DNA from: Verrucomicrobiota bacterium
GTDB lineage: Bacteria; Verrucomicrobiota; Verrucomicrobiia; Limisphaerales; CANJXF01
Length of the DNA: 28,725 bases
Assembly (NCBI GenBank): GCA_038214755.1
Contig: JBBQRQ010000064.1
Coordinates: 1-28,725, forward strand
Reading direction: 5' to 3'
Notes under the pieces: generated by a model
Told to the model about the DNA's origin: nothing
Database searches by the model: none
The model's input: only the letters and a program-made list of their open reading frames with translations
Shown: positions 24,266 through 28,725 of the stretch, piece by piece
How positions within the stretch are numbered: the stretch's first letter is position 1
Layout of the letters: each line of letters opens with the position of its first letter
Program-made: the position numbers and the translations under genes

Positions 24266-25455
24266 GCCAGATCGAGGAACATCACGTTGGCGCGGACAAC
24301 GCTTTCGCGCTGATCGTCGGCATCAGCCAATATCGCGACGGGCGAATTCCCAAACTCAACTACACTCACGCCGACGCCAAAGCATTTTACGAATTGCTGT
24401 TGGACCCAAATCGCGCTGGATTTAAAAAGGAGAACGTCCGTCTGCTGCTGGATTCCGACGCGACCTACACCCAAATTCGCAGGTCGGTCAATCAATGGAT
24501 GTTCAGTCGCGTGACGAAGGATTCGACCGTGATGGTTTTTTTCGCCGGGCACGGCGGGGAGGAACAGGATAAGTGCGACCCGGACTCCGGCAGACAGGCC
24601 TATTATTTTTTGCCGTGGGACGCCGATCCGGACGACCTCGCTACCACCGGACTTTCCCAAAGTGATTTTGAAAAATTGCTGCGCACGCTCCGCTCACAAC
24701 GGATGGTGATTTTTTTGGATGCCTGCCACTCGACGGGCGTGGCGAAGGCTGGCGCGCGAGATCTTTCCGTGGTGGTCGCGCCAAAATATGATCGTCTGGC
24801 CGAGGGCGAAGGCCGGGTCGTGATCGCCGCTGCCAAGCCAGAGCAGCGTTCCTGGGAAGACCCGAAATTGCAGCACGGGATTTTTACTTATCATTTGCTC
24901 GAAGCGTTGCGGGGCAAGGCCGACGCGAATGGCGATGGTTACGTGTCCATTCAGGAAGTGGTGAGTTATTTGCAACGCGAAGTGCCGCGGACGGTGAAAT
25001 TGCTCGGCAAGGAACCGCAAGACCCAACCATGATTTGCGAGGCGATGACGCGAGACATTATTCTCACGGTGGACGCCGGAAGAGTCAGGCAGCGCAAGCA
25101 GGAACAAAGCGCGGAGGAACAGCGGCGCATCGAGGAGATGCGCGCGCGCCGGTTGAAGCTGGTTGAATTGCGGAGCCGGAATGAACTGCCGTCGAAGGAA
25201 TTTACGGAAGCAATGCTCCTCAACGAAAAGACGCCGGAGGATCTCACTCAGACCGAAAAATTTTTGAGAGAGTTTCTTGATTTGCTTCTGGCCGAAAAGA
25301 TAACGCCGAAATTTTATCTTGAGTCCCGCACGAGAATTCGCTCGGACACCATTCACATCGTTCGGCCGGACCTCTTCTGCATTCATTGCCGGGCGCGCAA
25401 TCCAGCCGAAAATATTTTCTGCCTCCAGTGCGGAAAGCGAATGCGCCAGAGTTGA
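24262..25455 (+). CDS. Caspase-family (peptidase C14) protein with a C-terminal helical region and zinc ribbon
   Basis: ALIVGISQY, FFAGHG (His), FLDACHS (Cys), HGIFTYHLLEALRG.AD.NGDG.V; C-terminal CIHC...N.....FC..CG. Confidence 0.9.
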   Translation: MSQIEEHHVGADNAFALIVGISQYRDGRIPKLNYTHADAKAFYELLLDPNRAGFKKENVRLLLDSDATYTQIRRSVNQWMFSRVTKDSTVMVFFAGHGGEEQDKCDPDSGRQAYYFLPWDADPDDLATTGLSQSDFEKLLRTLRSQRMVIFLDACHSTGVAKAGARDLSVVVAPKYDRLAEGEGRVVIAAAKPEQRSWEDPKLQHGIFTYHLLEALRGKADANGDGYVSIQEVVSYLQREVPRTVKLLGKEPQDPTMICEAMTRDIILTVDAGRVRQRKQEQSAEEQRRIEEMRARRLKLVELRSRNELPSKEFTEAMLLNEKTPEDLTQTEKFLREFLDLLLAEKITPKFYLESRTRIRSDTIHIVRPDLFCIHCRARNPAENIFCLQCGKRMRQS

Positions 25456-25500
25456 GATCGAAGCGAAATTTGGTTCACGAGGCTCGCGGGTGAATCAGAC

Positions 25501-25601
25501 AAAGCGCCAGAGGACTGGCGCACTCCAGGACGCTCCGCGCCATTCGCGGCCCATGGAATCTCGCGCCAGCGTCTTGGAGTGCGCCAGTCCTCTGGCGCTT
25601 T
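25501..25601. repeat. TGGAGTGCG-family inverted repeat pair (opposite arrangement to 18475)
   Basis: AAAGCGCCAGAGGACTGGCGCACTCCAGGACGCT and AGCGTCTTGGAGTGCGCCAGTCCTCTGGCGCTTT. Confidence 0.85.
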
Positions 25602-25703
25602 TAACCAGCGGCGCGCATTACCATTCTGGCTCGGATGCGACCATCGCCCCGACACCGATTTCAATCTTCCCTCACGCAACTTTCCTCCCCTATTCTGCGC
25701 GCG

Positions 25704-26570
25704 GTGGAATTTCAGAAAATCGCAATCATCGGCGTCGGTTTGCTTGGCGGCTCCATTGGGCTGGCGGTCAAACAACGCAAGCTCGCGGCCAAAATTGTCG
25801 GCTACGTGCGACGCACTTCCAGCATCGAAGAATGCGAAAAAATCGGCGCGGTCGATCACGCCACCCGCGACCTCTCCCGCGTCGTTGAAAATGCCGATCT
25901 CATCATTCTCTGCTCGCCGTTGTCGCAGATGCGCGAGCTTGCCGAACAAATGCTGCCCGCGCTGAAACCGGGCGCTTTCGTCACCGATGTCGGCAGTGTG
26001 AAATCGAGCGTGATCCATGAACTTGAACCTATCTTTGCCAGCGGAAATTCTTTTTTTATCGGCAGTCATCCCATGGCTGGCGGTGAAAAAATAGGAGTGA
26101 GCGCGGCCAAAGCGGATTTGTTTGAGAACGCCGTTTGTGTCATCACGCCCACGGCTCAATCGAATGCCCAAGCGCTCGCAGTTGTGGAAAATTTTTGGAA
26201 GGCCCTCGGCGCGCGCGTCGTGAAGGTAAGTCCTGAGATGCACGATGATTTGGTCAGCCGCTCCAGTCATTTGCCGCACGTCATCGCGGCGGAATTGGCG
26301 AACTACGTTTTGAGTCCGACCCACGCGAAAGAGCAGGCGTTGCTTTGCGCGAATGGTTTCCGCGACACCACGCGCATCGCATCCGGTTCGCCGGAAATGT
26401 GGCGGGATATTTCACGCGCGAACCAAAAGAATCTTTCCCGCGTCCTCGGAGTTTTCATCGAAGGCCTGGAAGAGTTTCGTAACGCGCTCGACAGCGACGA
26501 TGAAAAAACCATCGAAGAATTTTTTCAAACAGCGAAGCAGCGCCGCGACAAGTGGAGGAGTGAAACGTAA
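25704..26570 (+). CDS. tyrA: Prephenate/arogenate dehydrogenase
   Basis: IIGVGLLGGS Rossmann motif, TDVGSVK, GSHPMAG, HD....SSHLPH, GFRDTTRIA..SPEMW.DI. GTG at 25704 chosen as start. Confidence 0.92.
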   Translation: MEFQKIAIIGVGLLGGSIGLAVKQRKLAAKIVGYVRRTSSIEECEKIGAVDHATRDLSRVVENADLIILCSPLSQMRELAEQMLPALKPGAFVTDVGSVKSSVIHELEPIFASGNSFFIGSHPMAGGEKIGVSAAKADLFENAVCVITPTAQSNAQALAVVENFWKALGARVVKVSPEMHDDLVSRSSHLPHVIAAELANYVLSPTHAKEQALLCANGFRDTTRIASGSPEMWRDISRANQKNLSRVLGVFIEGLEEFRNALDSDDEKTIEEFFQTAKQRRDKWRSET

Positions 26571-26586
26571 AAACGTGAAACGTGAA
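26561..26586. repeat. Left GTGAAAC heptamer array flanking the four-helix-bundle gene
   Basis: TGAAACGTAAAAACGTGAAACGTGAA contains the tyrA TAA stop. Confidence 0.8.
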
Positions 26587-26594
26587 TATCTGAT

Positions 26595-27080
26595 ATGCGT
26601 TACGATAAATGGATTGAGTCGGTGCCCCCGGAAATTACGAACGATTCTCTGTGGAAAATGGAAGCTTATCGGCTCGCTCTCTTCGCGGCCGACATTGGTT
26701 GGCCGGACGTGACCAAACTGATGCAAGATCGGCGGACATTGGATTTGTCCAATCAACTTTATCGCGCCGTGGGTTCCATTTCCGCAAATATTTCTGAAGG
26801 ATATTCGCGGGGCACCGGGCGTGATCGCGCTCGCTTTTATGAATACGCGCTCGGTTCCGCGCGAGAAAGCCTGGGCTGGTATTACAAAGGACGCCACGTG
26901 TTGCGCGAGGAAGTGGTGAATCATCGAATTCAGTTTTTGTCTCAGATCATACGTCTTCTGCTAACGATGGTCCCCGATCAACGCGGTTCAATATTGAAAG
27001 AAGATACGACTGAATATCGCGTGGAATCCTCGGCTGCTCCGTGGAACATCTCACATTTATTGAGCGAGGTTCCCGATTGA
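26595..27080 (+). CDS. Four-helix-bundle protein (23S rRNA IVP / bAvd-like family)
   Basis: QLYRAVGSISANISEGYSR......RFYEYALGSARE...W family signature. Confidence 0.88.
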   Translation: MRYDKWIESVPPEITNDSLWKMEAYRLALFAADIGWPDVTKLMQDRRTLDLSNQLYRAVGSISANISEGYSRGTGRDRARFYEYALGSARESLGWYYKGRHVLREEVVNHRIQFLSQIIRLLLTMVPDQRGSILKEDTTEYRVESSAAPWNISHLLSEVPD

Positions 27081-27112
27081 TTCACGTTTCACGTTTCACG
27101 TTTTACGTTTCA
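27081..27112. repeat. Right GTTTCAC heptamer array, inverted relative to the left array
   Basis: TTCACGTTTCACGTTTCACGTTTTACGTTTCA fills the whole intergenic gap and ends on the A of the aroA ATG. Confidence 0.8.
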
Positions 27113-28608
27113 TGCCTCTGCCCGACCTCATCGAAATCGTCCCCTTGGAAAAACCGGTTCACGCCGAGATCACGGTGCCCGGCTCGAAAAGCATCACGAA
27201 TCGTGCGCTGATTCTGGCGGCGCTCGCGGAAGGCGAAGTGACATTGCAAGGGGCGCTCTGGAGTGAAGACACGCAGATCATGGTCGAGTGTTTGCAGGAA
27301 CTTGGCTTCATGGTGAACGTCGAGCCGGACCCAAACGAATTCTGTAATCGCACGATCACGGTTTATGGAAAAGGTGGTTTCGTTCCGGCGGGCGGGACCG
27401 AGCAACAGCCTCTGGAATTGTTCGTCGGAAATGCGGGAACTGCCGCGCGATTCCTCGCGGCCTTTGTCTGTCTGGGAAAAGGAGTTTATCGACTGCACGG
27501 CGTTCCGCGAATGCACGAGCGTCCGCAAGCGGCGTTGTTCAAGGCATTGCGTGAGTTGGGTTATCGAGTTGAATCGGAAAAGGGGAATGAAAAATTGCCG
27601 GTAAAAATCTGTAGCAGCCGACGTGAGTCGGCTCAAACTTCAAAATCGGAAATAAGTCAGAGCCGACTCACGTCGGCTGCTACGGTGAGCATCGAAGAAA
27701 GTTCGCAATTTGCTTCCGCGCTTTTGCTCTGCGCGAAAACGGGAAATTGGGAAATTAAAGTCGTTGGCGAAAACGCCGAGGAATCGCCTTACGTCGCGAT
27801 GACTTTGGAATTGATCAAAGCTTTTCCAAAGCAAGGCGGAACTTTTCAAATTGAACCAGATGCTTCAAGTGGAAGTTATTTTTGGGCGGCTAGTTCTTTT
27901 GGAGTTCGGGTAAATGGTCAAGACGCAGATTTAAAAGTCGAAGATGAAAATAAACTAGTCTGGTCGCAAGAATTTCTTCCACTGATTTCAGTTCGCAATT
28001 GGCCGCGCTCTGGTTCGCAAATCGACGCTGATTTTTCTGAAGTCATGTTTGCTATTGCCACTGCGAGTGTAAATTACGGCTTCGAGGATGAACGTGACTT
28101 GATTTTAAATCATGGTCTCAATTGGAGAGACAATCCGGAAGTTGATCGAGACTTTACGTTTGAAGTGCCCACGTTCTCGCGCAATACCGATCTCGGAGAT
28201 AGCATTATGACGGCGATTGCGATTTCCCCTTTTGGAATCAAACCGTTTCGGTACACCGACCTTGCTCGCCTTCGCGTCCAAGAATGCGAGCGCGTTGTCG
28301 CCTTACGAACTGAGCTTACGAAATGTGGCGCGAATGTCATCGAAGCAGGCGACACGTTGACCGTTTATCCCTCAACGCTTCACGGCGCGGAAATTGAAAC
28401 CTACAACGATCATCGCATGGCGATGTGTTTTTCGATTCTGGGATTGAAAGTTCACGGAATAAAAATCAAGAATCCGTCGTGCGTGAAAAAAACCTTTCCC
28501 AATTTTTTCCAGAAACTCGCGGCAGAACCGCCTCATGGTTTGGGCGCAAAGATTCTCGACGGAAAAACAGGACGGCGTTTGACGCATGAGGAGTTGTTTG
28601 CCGATTGA
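27112..28608 (+). CDS. aroA: 3-phosphoshikimate 1-carboxyvinyltransferase (EPSP synthase)
   Basis: PGSKSITNRAL, GNAGTAARF, RMHERP, SSQFASALL, EPDASS, LRVQECER, DHRMAMCF, CVKKTFPNFF. Confidence 0.93.
   Translation: MPLPDLIEIVPLEKPVHAEITVPGSKSITNRALILAALAEGEVTLQGALWSEDTQIMVECLQELGFMVNVEPDPNEFCNRTITVYGKGGFVPAGGTEQQPLELFVGNAGTAARFLAAFVCLGKGVYRLHGVPRMHERPQAALFKALRELGYRVESEKGNEKLPVKICSSRRESAQTSKSEISQSRLTSAATVSIEESSQFASALLLCAKTGNWEIKVVGENAEESPYVAMTLELIKAFPKQGGTFQIEPDASSGSYFWAASSFGVRVNGQDADLKVEDENKLVWSQEFLPLISVRNWPRSGSQIDADFSEVMFAIATASVNYGFEDERDLILNHGLNWRDNPEVDRDFTFEVPTFSRNTDLGDSIMTAIAISPFGIKPFRYTDLARLRVQECERVVALRTELTKCGANVIEAGDTLTVYPSTLHGAEIETYNDHRMAMCFSILGLKVHGIKIKNPSCVKKTFPNFFQKLAAEPPHGLGAKILDGKTGRRLTHEELFAD
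27611..27683. repeat. GTAG-REP doublet, in frame within aroA
   Basis: Perfect 24-bp inverted repeats GTAGCAGCCGACGTGAGTCGGCTC and GAGCCGACTCACGTCGGCTGCTAC. Confidence 0.9.
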
Positions 28609-28619
28609 GTTTGTAGCGG

Positions 28620-28725
28620 CGCGGGGGTTGAAGCCCCCAAAAAAAAAAAAAAAAAAAAAAAAAAAACGGCGGAGAAAGACAACACCAACACGCAAAAAAA
28701 AATTAAAACAACACAAAAAATACCC
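28620..28725. other. Low-complexity poly-A contig end, probable artefact
   Basis: Long poly-A runs and A/C-rich sequence with no coding character. Confidence 0.7.

Noticed and set aside
26595..27080. 23S rRNA intervening sequence or DGR accessory gene
   Set aside because: The flanks are tyrA and aroA, not rRNA, and no reverse transcriptase or TR/VR pair is visible in the window.
28613..28725. Possible REP beginning GTAGCGGC after aroA, and poly-A tail
   Set aside because: The sequence degrades into homopolymers at the contig end and cannot be trusted.

Overview
This is a bacterial genomic window, most likely from Verrucomicrobiota. That is inferred from a prepilin/DUF1559-type protein, a secreted protein ending in FTD..P....FYRV, and the style of the repeats. 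Both ends are low-complexity and look like read artefacts. In order, the window holds: a minus-strand catabolic locus (GntR, prepilin-like protein, giant surface protein, HAD-IIA phosphatase, glpD); DUF1232; a DinG/YoaA helicase; a LysR gene divergent from a nitrite-assimilation operon (FNT transporter, CysJ-like flavoprotein, nirA, alginate-export-type porin); an IscS-like gene; a DUF4384 / zinc-ribbon / DUF2085 / caspase operon; and tyrA, a four-helix-bundle gene and aroA. The most striking feature is a complete REP-associated HUH tyrosine transposase (RAYT), with its two flanking GTAG-REP doublets, inserted in frame inside the DinG helicase just after motif III. Related palindromic elements from several families sit in frame inside glpD, the FNT gene, cysJ, nirA, DUF2085 and aroA, and one supplies the lysR stop codon. 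Three further oddities stand out: a GARD motif shared by the caspase's post-Cys loop and both flanks of the neighbouring DUF4384 domain (a candidate protease-substrate pair), an IscS homologue with Arg at the PLP-binding Lys position, and a four-helix-bundle gene bracketed by inverted heptamer arrays that overlap the tyrA stop and the aroA start.
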